From the sequence record MN988530.1: DNA of 32,000 bases, one strand, 5' to 3'. Shown here piece by piece: positions 18,041 to 25,274 of the stretch. Under the pieces are notes generated by a model, which had not been told where the DNA came from, did no database searches, and saw only the letters and a list, made by a program, of their open reading frames with translations. Each line of letters begins with the position of its first letter. The stretch's first letter is position 1. The translations under genes and the position numbers were made by a program. The stretch is from Rhizobium phage RHph_N17.

Positions 18041-18050
18041 CGGGGTTCCT

Positions 18051-18953
18051 TCAAAAGAGGCGCTGTTCTCGAGTTTCGAACTTATCGCCTTCCCATTTCT
18101 TCGCCTCGGCATATTTGGGGAAGGCCCAGGCGTTCCAGGCCCAGCGAGAGTAGTATAGGTCGCGCAGTCGATCCGGGTCACCCCCGAATGCGCGGATCTC
18201 GGCTTCGATGGCACGCGTTTCCAACTCAGAAACCGAATCCAGGTGCTGGTTACGCTGCTTGCGACGACTCGACTTGTTGGACACATCAACCTGCCCCGCC
18301 TTGCCCGGGATCAGGATCATGCCGTTAGCGGCCCATTGCACCCAGGTCGAAGAGTCGACCGAGTACCATGGGTAGCGAAACATGAGGGGCAGCGACGTGA
18401 GACCAAACCCGTGGACTTTGACCTTCGGCGTGCCATCCGGATGAGTTAGATGATCTGCCCAAAGACGGTCGAGCCAAATCATCAGCTGCGGCGTTGAGAT
18501 CGGGACCATGCCGCCGATTGTGATATACTCATAATTGGCAACGTAGTGCTCCAGGACCTCGACCGGCTCGCCGTAGTGAAAGCAGGGCAGGGGTCGAACG
18601 CCGCGGCGCTCCATCTCGGTTTGGTTCCAATAAGTGCCCTTGTAATCCCCGATGGCGTCGAGCACGGACGGGAACTCAATGATATCGGCGTTCCTGTGGA
18701 TATAATCGCAGTAGGCACCAATATCGATTGTGACCCCCTGAGTGAACGCCGAGAAGGCACCCGAGTCCAGGAACACTTTCACGCCGTCACGCCGGATCTT
18801 CTCGACGTATCGCGGCGAGTGAATGTAGTGGTATGATTCCAGGAAGTTCTCGCAGCTATCGCGCATAACGCGTTCCTCGTCCGTCAACCGGGCATACACT
18901 GTGCCCAGGAGGTCGAAGTTCGATGTATAGATGCCGGCGTTAAATAGCCTCAT
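18051..18953 (-). CDS. dpdA: DpdA-like DNA 7-deazaguanine transglycosylase (TGT-family paralog)
   Basis: From ATG 18953, 300 aa: VFLDSGAFSAFTQG, ADIIEFPSVLDAIGDYKGTYWNQTEMERRGVRPLPCFHYGEP, ITIGGMV, HGFGLTSLPLMFRYPWYSVDSSTW are DpdA/TGT-like signatures. Confidence 0.85.
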   Translation of the reverse strand: MRLFNAGIYTSNFDLLGTVYARLTDEERVMRDSCENFLESYHYIHSPRYVEKIRRDGVKVFLDSGAFSAFTQGVTIDIGAYCDYIHRNADIIEFPSVLDAIGDYKGTYWNQTEMERRGVRPLPCFHYGEPVEVLEHYVANYEYITIGGMVPISTPQLMIWLDRLWADHLTHPDGTPKVKVHGFGLTSLPLMFRYPWYSVDSSTWVQWAANGMILIPGKAGQVDVSNKSSRRKQRNQHLDSVSELETRAIEAEIRAFGGDPDRLRDLYYSRWAWNAWAFPKYAEAKKWEGDKFETREQRLF

Positions 18954-19656
18954 AGATTTCTCCAAATGCCCAGGCCATGTAGACGGGAACCCCGTTCCCG
19001 ACCGCCTCGTAAAGCTGGTACAACCATTGTGTTGCCGAGCCCACCCAATCGCTAGGCGGGATGTGCCAAGCGTCGGGAATTGTAAATCCTTGGTGATAAG
19101 CACACTCCTCCACCGTGAGGCGACGCCCGTAATATCTTGAGGCACGTCGTTTGTCAGAGGCACAACCGCGGTACTCAGACGCGGTGATGCAGGGGCAGAT
19201 ACCGGGGAAGGCCCGAGTGTAAGGTCGGAACACATCAGGAACCTTGTACCTTCCGCCAATACGGCGACTGCGATTTTGGATAGGGGCAGACAGAAATTGG
19301 GCAGCGTTAAATATAGGGAGGTGTCGGGTGGCTAACCAATCGACGTTCTCAACCCAAAGAATTGGTGTTTCGAGATTTTCGGCCCATTTTAACAATGCCC
19401 CTTCGCTGTACTGACTTTTCGGGGGACCTTGGGTGCGGGCGATACTATGTTCTTGGCAGGGAGGAGACGCCCAAACCGCATCGAACCCGCTCAAATCGAC
19501 ATCTCGCACATCCGCCAGCGTGCAATTACCCGAACCGACAAAAGTGGAAAGATGGTGTTTCCACGGGTCTAGCTCGAACCCGTGACATTCGTGGCCAGCT
19601 TGCTCGAGGCCGAGACGTGCGAGACCCGCGCCATCAAAAAGAACTGCAATTTTCAT
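18940..19656 (-). CDS. DNA (cytosine-5)-methyltransferase-like protein
   Basis: 238 aa; motif I-like LFDGAGLARLGLEQAG, motif IV SPPCQ, motif VI ENV, motif VIII-like QNRSRR, motif X-like GNGVP. Overlaps dpdA by 14 nt. Confidence 0.75.
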   Translation of the reverse strand: MKIAVLFDGAGLARLGLEQAGHECHGFELDPWKHHLSTFVGSGNCTLADVRDVDLSGFDAVWASPPCQEHSIARTQGPPKSQYSEGALLKWAENLETPILWVENVDWLATRHLPIFNAAQFLSAPIQNRSRRIGGRYKVPDVFRPYTRAFPGICPCITASEYRGCASDKRRASRYYGRRLTVEECAYHQGFTIPDAWHIPPSDWVGSATQWLYQLYEAVGNGVPVYMAWAFGEIYEAI

Positions 19657-19868
19657 ATGCTCAAATTCGCTTTCGCTTCATTCCATCTGTTGATTGCGCC
19701 CTGTCTATGCAGGCCGGCGAGGACCGCAGCGTCGCCGAAGTCTCGAGCGAGTGCGCTAGGAAATTCATCCATGACGTACCATGCCGCCGCGCGAAGGTTT
19801 TCGGCAAGCGGCATGCGCAACTTGTGATTGACTTCGGTGCGGATGATTTCGGCGATCTGCTCGTGCAT
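19653..19868 (-). CDS. Hypothetical 71 aa protein
   Basis: ORF with AGGAACCCC upstream and a 4-nt overlap with the methyltransferase-like gene. Confidence 0.55.
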   Translation of the reverse strand: MHEQIAEIIRTEVNHKLRMPLAENLRAAAWYVMDEFPSALARDFGDAAVLAGLHRQGAINRWNEAKANLSI

Positions 19869-19911
19869 CAGAGGGGTTCCTATTTGATACCTTGATATTA
19901 GAACCCCTCTG
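19869..19911. repeat. Inverted repeat spanning the ribosome-binding site of the 19653-19868 gene
   Basis: CAGAGGGGTTC (19869-19879) and GAACCCCTCTG (19901-19911), perfect 11-bp arms, 21-nt spacer. Confidence 0.65.
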
Positions 19912-19919
19912 AAGATTTG

Positions 19920-20492
19920 TCAAGCGGCGAGTTTGAGGAACTCCGCGCGGGGATCACCTTCTTTCATCACGCCACGCAGAGCGCTGGTGACGGTGTGATG
20001 ACCCTGCTGGCAGATCCCGCGAGACTCCATGCACATATGTCGGCACTTGAGCAGGACGCCGACGCCCTTGGGCTTGAGCTCGGATTCAAAAAGGGCATTG
20101 GCGATCTGGACGGTCAATCGCTCTTGAACCTGGAGGCGTCGGGCGAAGACGTTAGCCACGCGGCTGAGTTTCGAAAGCCCAAGGACGCGCCCGTCCGGAA
20201 TGTAAGCAATGGTCGCCGTGCCGAAGATGTCGGCCAGGTGATGCTCGCATTTCGAATAGATCGGAATGTCCTTGACAAGGACCATCTCGTCGTAGGCACC
20301 TTCCTCGAAACTCGTCATGAAAGTCGCCGGGTCCTGGGTATACCCTTCGGCCCATTTTTCCCACGCCTTTTGGAAACGAGCAGGGGTATCTGCCAAGCCT
20401 TCTCTAAAGGTGTCTTCGCCGATTGCTTCAAAGATGTACTCGGCGGCAATACGAGCGACCGAGGGTTTACGGGGCTTGAGTGGATTATCCAT
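19920..20492 (-). CDS. folE: GTP cyclohydrolase I
   Basis: YSKCEHHLADIFGTATIAYIPDGRVLGLSKLSRVANVFARRLQVQERLTVQIA and CRHMCMESRG are hallmark FolE motifs. The ORF-track start at 20501 is TTG; ATG at 20492 is preferred. Confidence 0.93.
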   Translation of the reverse strand: MDNPLKPRKPSVARIAAEYIFEAIGEDTFREGLADTPARFQKAWEKWAEGYTQDPATFMTSFEEGAYDEMVLVKDIPIYSKCEHHLADIFGTATIAYIPDGRVLGLSKLSRVANVFARRLQVQERLTVQIANALFESELKPKGVGVLLKCRHMCMESRGICQQGHHTVTSALRGVMKEGDPRAEFLKLAA

Positions 20493-20982
20493 TTCTCGCA
20501 AAGTTCCTGTTTATGACCTGCTGGCGAAGATCCCGGCCGGTGTAGATTGCTGAATTTGCGCCATGCTCGGCGACTTCCACAGAAGCGAGCCAGACGCGTT
20601 CGCCGTGCGGCGTGCGGTTGATAAGCCAATCGTAGACCGCGCCGTAGATCCATTTGGCGAATGCCTCGCAGCCGACAGCCGGCAGAACGACAACGTCCGC
20701 AAGGCCGAGGCCCGAAAGCTCACCGAGGGATTCGAGCTCGGGATCATCCTGAGCGACGACCAACTTGTGATCGAAGTGCTTTTGCAGAAATTCTTTCACT
20801 TCCTTCAAGCTGCCAAAGTCGATAACCCAGTTGCGGTCGTCCAGCTCGTCGGCCTCGAACTCGAGGCGAACGGACAAGGCATACCCGTGAAGCAGCGAGC
20901 AATGAGATTGCGCTCGCCACTGGCGAAAGCAGCATGACAACCCAATGTCATGCCCATAAGTTTTTGTTGACCGAAATGCCAT
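20485..20982 (-). CDS. queD: QueD-like 6-carboxytetrahydropterin synthase / PTPS-family protein
   Basis: SCCFRQWRAQSHCSLLHGYALSVRLEFEADELDDRNWVIDFGSLKEVKEFLQKHFDHKLVV; adjacent to folE and queC. Confidence 0.85.
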   Translation of the reverse strand: MAFRSTKTYGHDIGLSCCFRQWRAQSHCSLLHGYALSVRLEFEADELDDRNWVIDFGSLKEVKEFLQKHFDHKLVVAQDDPELESLGELSGLGLADVVVLPAVGCEAFAKWIYGAVYDWLINRTPHGERVWLASVEVAEHGANSAIYTGRDLRQQVINRNFARNG

Positions 20983-21848
20983 CAGAAGCGCATCCCGAGT
21001 TCGGTCACAACTTCCATGACTTCGGTCGGCAAAACGTCCTCGAGAGGTTCTGCGCCCTCCAGGAACATTTCGTAGTTGTCGGTCGTCGGTAGCGACATGA
21101 GCTCCTCGGCGACGGCGCGAAGCACCAACGGATCTGGAACGCCGGCCTGCTCGAACCCATGCGCACGAAGAACGGACGCATGGTCCTTGCCGACAGGTGG
21201 GTACTTGCCGTCATAAGCTGTATGCGAGTACGCCAGCGCGTGATAAGTGTGCGGATGGTTGAGGGCGAACTGAATGCTTTCCGCCTTGCTCATGTTCATC
21301 AGCGGGGTCGCGATGCGGAAGTGATCGTATGTCGAGCGATCTAGCCCCAATGCGAGGTTGATTGTGTCCTCGGCGGAACGAATGAACACATCCCGGCAAT
21401 CCGGGTAGTTGGCATTGTCAGCCTGGCAGACGCCCGTGACCAGGACGCCGCAACCGGCGACGACGGCGCGGTTGGCTGCGAGCATGAGGAAGACAGCATT
21501 GCGCATGGGCACAAAAGTCTTCTCCACCCGGTCGCCGATGATGGCCTCCATCTGGTCGTGATTCTCGTAGGTCTCGAGCTGCTCGACCCCGCTGGTCAAG
21601 GGCGACGTGCCGGCAAAAGCACCTGCGCCGATGATAACGACTTCGTGCGGGATGGTCTTGCCCGTCGCCTTGCTGAAATGCTCGACAACCGCGCGAGCGG
21701 CTTTGAGCTCGATAGCGTGGCGCTGCCCGTAGTTGAATGAGACGCACTCGACCCGGTCGTAATTCTGCAAGGCCCAGCCCAGGCAGGTAGTTGAATCCTG
21801 ACCGCCCGAGAGGACGACCATTGCATGGTTTGCGTTTATCTGTGACAT
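20982..21848 (-). CDS. queC: QueC-like 7-cyano-7-deazaguanine (preQ0) synthase
   Basis: VVLSGGQDSTTCLGWAL PP-loop, VSFNYGQRHAIEL, FVPMRNAVFL, ADNANYPDCRDVFI motifs. The C-terminal zinc cysteines are absent. Confidence 0.9.
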   Translation of the reverse strand: MSQINANHAMVVLSGGQDSTTCLGWALQNYDRVECVSFNYGQRHAIELKAARAVVEHFSKATGKTIPHEVVIIGAGAFAGTSPLTSGVEQLETYENHDQMEAIIGDRVEKTFVPMRNAVFLMLAANRAVVAGCGVLVTGVCQADNANYPDCRDVFIRSAEDTINLALGLDRSTYDHFRIATPLMNMSKAESIQFALNHPHTYHALAYSHTAYDGKYPPVGKDHASVLRAHGFEQAGVPDPLVLRAVAEELMSLPTTDNYEMFLEGAEPLEDVLPTEVMEVVTELGMRF

Positions 21849-21857
21849 GAGAGGTTC

Positions 21858-22595
21858 CTATTCAAGGTTCATGAGTTTGTGCATCTGCACGCCGGCAATG
21901 TAACCGTGTTTCATGCAGCTGCGGGCGACGGCATCAAGATTCTTTTTATTGTCTTCGACGTTGCCGGCATCGAAGGGATTCAGGTAAACGGGAACGAAAG
22001 GGTTCGGCGGGCGGGCGACGCCGCCCTTGGCCGTATGTTGCAGGGCGCGGATCGGCAGCCCATCCTCGGCGACCTCCCTGTGGTCGAGAACGTACTTGAA
22101 GCACGTTGCGAGACGAGAGCAGACTTCATGCACCCGGGATGTTTTCGGGCTGATGACCAGCTTGGCGTGCGCCTGCCTCGAGACCAGGTATCGCGTGAGT
22201 ATCGCGTCTGGCTCAAAGACGCCGTTGCTTTCGACCTGGACTATGTACCCCGAGAGGACCAGGTTCATCACAAGCGGTCCGATCTGCTGCCGGAGCGGCT
22301 CGCCGCCCGTGATGACGACCAGCAACGGACCTTGGAGGTTCCTTGTGCCGGCGTTGTGTTCCTGGGCGAGAAGATCAATCTTGCTCTGAATGTCAAACAA
22401 GGACGTTTCCTTGCGACCCTCGGTGTACTCGGTGTCACAACCTGGGCATTGCAGGTTGCAGCCGGCAAGGCGAACGAAGATCGCCCGATGCCCCGCAAAA
22501 GGACCTTCTCCCTGAATTGTGAAGAAGTACGAATGAACGTCAAGGGAATGGAAGCCATCGCTCTTAGAGCGAGGTTCTGGTTTTTGATTATTCAA
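21858..22595 (-). CDS. queE: QueE-like 7-carboxy-7-deazaguanine synthase (radical SAM; probable TTG start)
   Basis: FFTIQGEGPFAGHRAIFVRLAGCNLQCPGCDTEYTEG with CxxxCxxC; ITGGEPLRQ. Confidence 0.92.
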   Translation of the reverse strand: MNNQKPEPRSKSDGFHSLDVHSYFFTIQGEGPFAGHRAIFVRLAGCNLQCPGCDTEYTEGRKETSLFDIQSKIDLLAQEHNAGTRNLQGPLLVVITGGEPLRQQIGPLVMNLVLSGYIVQVESNGVFEPDAILTRYLVSRQAHAKLVISPKTSRVHEVCSRLATCFKYVLDHREVAEDGLPIRALQHTAKGGVARPPNPFVPVYLNPFDAGNVEDNKKNLDAVARSCMKHGYIAGVQMHKLMNLE

Positions 22596-22646
22596 GGTGT
22601 GACCTACCTTTAGCGATGTATGAATTTACAATGCCACAATACGAAA

Positions 22647-22672
22647 TGAGGGAGATTTATCAACCTCCCTCA
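22647..22672 (-). terminator. Hairpin upstream of the queE operon, possible terminator
   Basis: Perfect 8-bp stem TGAGGGAG/CTCCCTCA with 10-nt loop, followed on the minus strand by TTTCGT. Confidence 0.4.
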
Positions 22673-22682
22673 CGGGCGCTAA

Positions 22683-22979
22683 TCAGCGCTTATTGATCTC
22701 CCGGGCGGTGAGTGCTCGGGCAACGTCAAACTCCAAGATGAGCTTGTCCACAGAGGTCGGCACCGCGGGGCCGTTGGGGCAAAGCTCGAAAGCATAATCG
22801 CCCCACTCGTCCGAGATCGTCAACGAGATATCGCCGGTCGTGAGGACTTCGCATTCGAAGCGGAACCCGTGGCTGCTGATGTTATCAGCCTTCTTGACAA
22901 CGGCGTCCGGACGGTCGATCTGCACAATTTCCTTGCGCCCGTTCGGGCGCAAGTATTGCGTGAAGTAGATGTTAGGCAT
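22683..22979 (-). CDS. Hypothetical protein
   Basis: From ATG 22979 with GGAAG upstream; track start 22994 extends 5 codons further. Confidence 0.5.
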   Translation of the reverse strand: MPNIYFTQYLRPNGRKEIVQIDRPDAVVKKADNISSHGFRFECEVLTTGDISLTISDEWGDYAFELCPNGPAVPTSVDKLILEFDVARALTAREINKR

Positions 22980-23184
22980 TGTAATCTTCCTCACGGATGC
23001 CCATCGTGTAGCGGGCGCGAGCGTAAAAGACGGCGATATTGCACTGCCAACCAGCCGCCGCGTCCAAGAAACCGTCTTCGATATCTTCGGCGATCATGGT
23101 GTAGGCGAAAGCGGCATCATCCTGCCGCCTTTGGGCTGTGAGCTCCCTCGAGGGTGGAACGTGATCTTGATAAGCTTTCATCAC
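22972..23184 (-). CDS. Hypothetical 70 aa protein
   Basis: ORF in a tightly packed leftward operon with short overlaps on both sides. Confidence 0.5.
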   Translation of the reverse strand: MMKAYQDHVPPSRELTAQRRQDDAAFAYTMIAEDIEDGFLDAAAGWQCNIAVFYARARYTMGIREEDYNA

Positions 23185-23441
23185 TTTGCTCCTGTGATTT
23201 TGTCGAGGGCCAGGCGGATCGCCTTGGCTTCGTCGCCGCGCCAGCCGGACAGGTTAGCGCGAACGTAAACTGCCTGAACCCGAGATTCGCTTGTGAGCTC
23301 GGACTTGGTCAAAGCATCGGGCATGCGCAAACCTTCCCGGGCGTAAGCCGCGGCATAGTCAATCAGCCTGTTGTTAGGATTTGCCTTAGCAGCTCGGATG
23401 ATTGCGTTGTAGCAATCGTGGAGGGTGTGAGATGCGGTCAT
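23181..23441 (-). CDS. Hypothetical 86 aa protein
   Basis: ORF with strong SD AAAGGAACCCCCAATG and 4-nt overlap with the next gene. Confidence 0.6.
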   Translation of the reverse strand: MTASHTLHDCYNAIIRAAKANPNNRLIDYAAAYAREGLRMPDALTKSELTSESRVQAVYVRANLSGWRGDEAKAIRLALDKITGAK

Positions 23442-23459
23442 TGGGGGTTCCTTTCGAGG

Positions 23460-23648
23460 TTAACGACGTGTAACACATTTGCCGAACTTGCGAATAGCAA
23501 CCGTTTCGGCTTCACCACCGCGGGGCTGCACTTCGACCTGATAATCGATTCCCTTTTCATCGGCCCAGGTGATGGCCTCGACCTTGGAGAGGCAATGCTT
23601 GAAAGGGGTCCAGGTATCATCAGATTCACGGAGGTAAACGGTGAACAT
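23460..23648 (-). CDS. Hypothetical 62 aa protein
   Basis: First ORF after the TTGCCT-N17-GATAAC promoter candidate; AAGGAA upstream. Confidence 0.6.
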   Translation of the reverse strand: MFTVYLRESDDTWTPFKHCLSKVEAITWADEKGIDYQVEVQPRGGEAETVAIRKFGKCVTRR

Positions 23649-23675
23649 TTGTGCAATTCCTTGTTTCGATGATTT

Positions 23676-23704
23676 GTTATCTCATCTTCGGACGAGATAG
23701 GCAA
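23676..23704 (-). promoter_or_regulatory. Promoter candidate TTGCCT-N17-GATAAC
   Basis: Directly downstream (leftward) of a terminator at 23720-23741 and upstream of the ATG at 23648. Confidence 0.55.
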
Positions 23705-23714
23705 CTCGAAACGG

Positions 23715-23741
23715 AAAAAGGGCGCCGATTTCTCGACGCCC
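23715..23741 (-). terminator. Intrinsic terminator, leftward
   Basis: Minus strand GGGCGTCGA-GAAA-TCGGCGCCC-TTTTT: 9-bp stem (one G-U) with GNRA loop and U tract. Confidence 0.75.
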
Positions 23742-23779
23742 TTTTCTGTCCTCGACTGAGCGGAACCCCTTCCAAGAAC

Positions 23780-24379
23780 TCAGGAGGCAGTGTTTGCGGC
23801 CGCGGCCTTTTCGTCGGCGGCTTTCTTGGCAGCGGCGGCTTCGGCAGCTTTCGCTTCCTTTGCCGCCTTGGCGTCGGCGGCCTTCTTCGCCTTCGCCTCT
23901 TCCGCCGCCTTCGCCTTGGCCTCACGCTCGGCCGCCTTCGCCGCCTTCTCGTCCTCGGCCGCCTTCTTCTTGGCTTCCTTCGCCGCCTTCTCGTCCTCGG
24001 CCGCCTTCACCTTCTCGGCCTGGCGGGCGCTGGTTTCCTCGGCGCGGGCCTTGCGCAGAATGTCGGCGACGCCGTGATAAGAGACCCAGCGGGCGTACTG
24101 GGTATTTGCCGTCGCCTGGTTGGCGTTCGGGACCTCTTTCATGTAGCGGTCAACGACATCCTTGCGGGGCGCCGGCTTGCCGAGCGATTCCGAGATGGCG
24201 TCGGCGATGTCCCAAAGCTTGCCCGTGACCGAGCCGGCGTCCGGACGCTTGATGCCATTCTGTTTCAGAACCGTCTTGGTTTCGGTGACCGGGGTAGGGG
24301 CCGCGGCCGAACCGGCGCCATCGGCGGCGAAGCAAACGCCGGCCAGGAGGGCGGCAGTGGAGAGGTACATTTTGCGCAT
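23780..24379 (-). CDS. Protein with signal-like N terminus, TANTQYARW module and Lys/Ala/Glu-rich TolA/H1-like tail (family member C)
   Basis: From ATG 24379 (AAAAGGACACCCGGAAATG): MRKMYLSTAALLAGVCFAADGAGS..., module RKDVVDRYMKEVPNANQATANTQYARW, then KAAEDEKAAKEAKKKAAEDEKAAKAAEREAKAK... tail. Confidence 0.7.
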   Translation of the reverse strand: MRKMYLSTAALLAGVCFAADGAGSAAAPTPVTETKTVLKQNGIKRPDAGSVTGKLWDIADAISESLGKPAPRKDVVDRYMKEVPNANQATANTQYARWVSYHGVADILRKARAEETSARQAEKVKAAEDEKAAKEAKKKAAEDEKAAKAAEREAKAKAAEEAKAKKAADAKAAKEAKAAEAAAAKKAADEKAAAANTAS

Positions 24380-24493
24380 TTCCGGGTGTCCTTTTGTTTC
24401 CGGGGTGTAGATCTGATGGACGCTCAATCGGCGCCGGGCAATTCGATCCTAAAAGATTTCGATGAATTGCCTAGCGCAAAAATGAGGTTCCGT

Positions 24494-25018
24494 TTACTTT
24501 CTGTCTTTGTTCCACTTGTAGTATTGGGTGGAAGCGGTCGATTGGTTGACGCCGGCAGCGACACAAGCGGCAATTACGGCCTTGCGGTCCTGGCCGACCA
24601 TTTCGTCGGCGATGCGCCAGACCGTCTTGACAGGCGATTCCGTGTCCGACTTTGCCCGTGGGCCTGCTGAGGTCGTGGAACGTGCCCTGTGCTCGAAATT
24701 GTCGGCCGCACCATCGGCCCACAGCGAAGGGGTGATCGGTTCGCAACGAAAGGGAATGCCCTCGGGCAGTTCCGATTTCAAACAAGTGACAATCAAGACG
24801 CCTTCATACCCAGGCTTGCGCCCTTCATCGATGTGCTGGATCTCGACGTGGGACACAAAGTCCTGTGCCGCGGCATAGTCGCGGGCAAGCTTGTCGTCAC
24901 CTTGCATTTCGACCAGCTTCCAACCAAAGCCCGGCATGCGGACCGACCAGAAGCTGTTGATGCCCTGCCGCTTTGCGAAGCGTGCGACCTGGCCACGGGT
25001 TGCGTAATACTTGGTCAT
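24494..25018 (-). CDS. Protein with C-terminal TASTQYYKW module (family member D)
   Basis: SD AAAGGAACCCTCATG; C terminus SPVKTVWRIADEMVGQDRKAVIAACVAAGVNQSTASTQYYKWNKDRK. Confidence 0.75.
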   Translation of the reverse strand: MTKYYATRGQVARFAKRQGINSFWSVRMPGFGWKLVEMQGDDKLARDYAAAQDFVSHVEIQHIDEGRKPGYEGVLIVTCLKSELPEGIPFRCEPITPSLWADGAADNFEHRARSTTSAGPRAKSDTESPVKTVWRIADEMVGQDRKAVIAACVAAGVNQSTASTQYYKWNKDRK

Positions 25019-25029
25019 GAGGGTTCCTT

Positions 25030-25245
25030 TCAGAGGTCGAGATCGAAGCGATGGACGAACGTGTAATCGGCTCCATCGGATGAAGACATGTTGTCAAACA
25101 TGCCCAAAAGATGATCGATTTCCTTGCGCTGTTTTTCATCAGCACCGAGGTAACCCTGAATGCGGCACGCTTCAAGCGCGGTGATGATGTGCATGCGCTG
25201 AGTTTCAGTCATACGCAAAGCGTAGGTACGCTCTTCGTCGGTCAT
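25030..25245 (-). CDS. Hypothetical 71 aa protein
   Basis: First ORF after the TTGCAA-N17-GATAAC promoter candidate; AAAGGGACACG upstream. Confidence 0.55.
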   Translation of the reverse strand: MTDEERTYALRMTETQRMHIITALEACRIQGYLGADEKQRKEIDHLLGMFDNMSSSDGADYTFVHRFDLDL

Positions 25246-25274
25246 GTTCGTGTCCCTTTCGTTTTGATAGATAT

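Noticed and set aside
19869-19911. AGAGGGGTTCTAA segment near que genes suggested a preQ1 riboswitch
   Set aside because: The arms form a simple 11-bp stem with a 21-nt loop and I could not fit the preQ1-I short stem plus A-rich tail and pseudoknot. A covariance-model search (Rfam preQ1 models RF00522, RF01054, RF02680) would be decisive.
23651-24670. 339 aa rightward ORF with Leu/Arg/Gly-rich repeats
   Set aside because: Its repeats are the complement of the Lys/Ala/Glu repeat region of the leftward gene at 23780-24379, so it is a shadow ORF.
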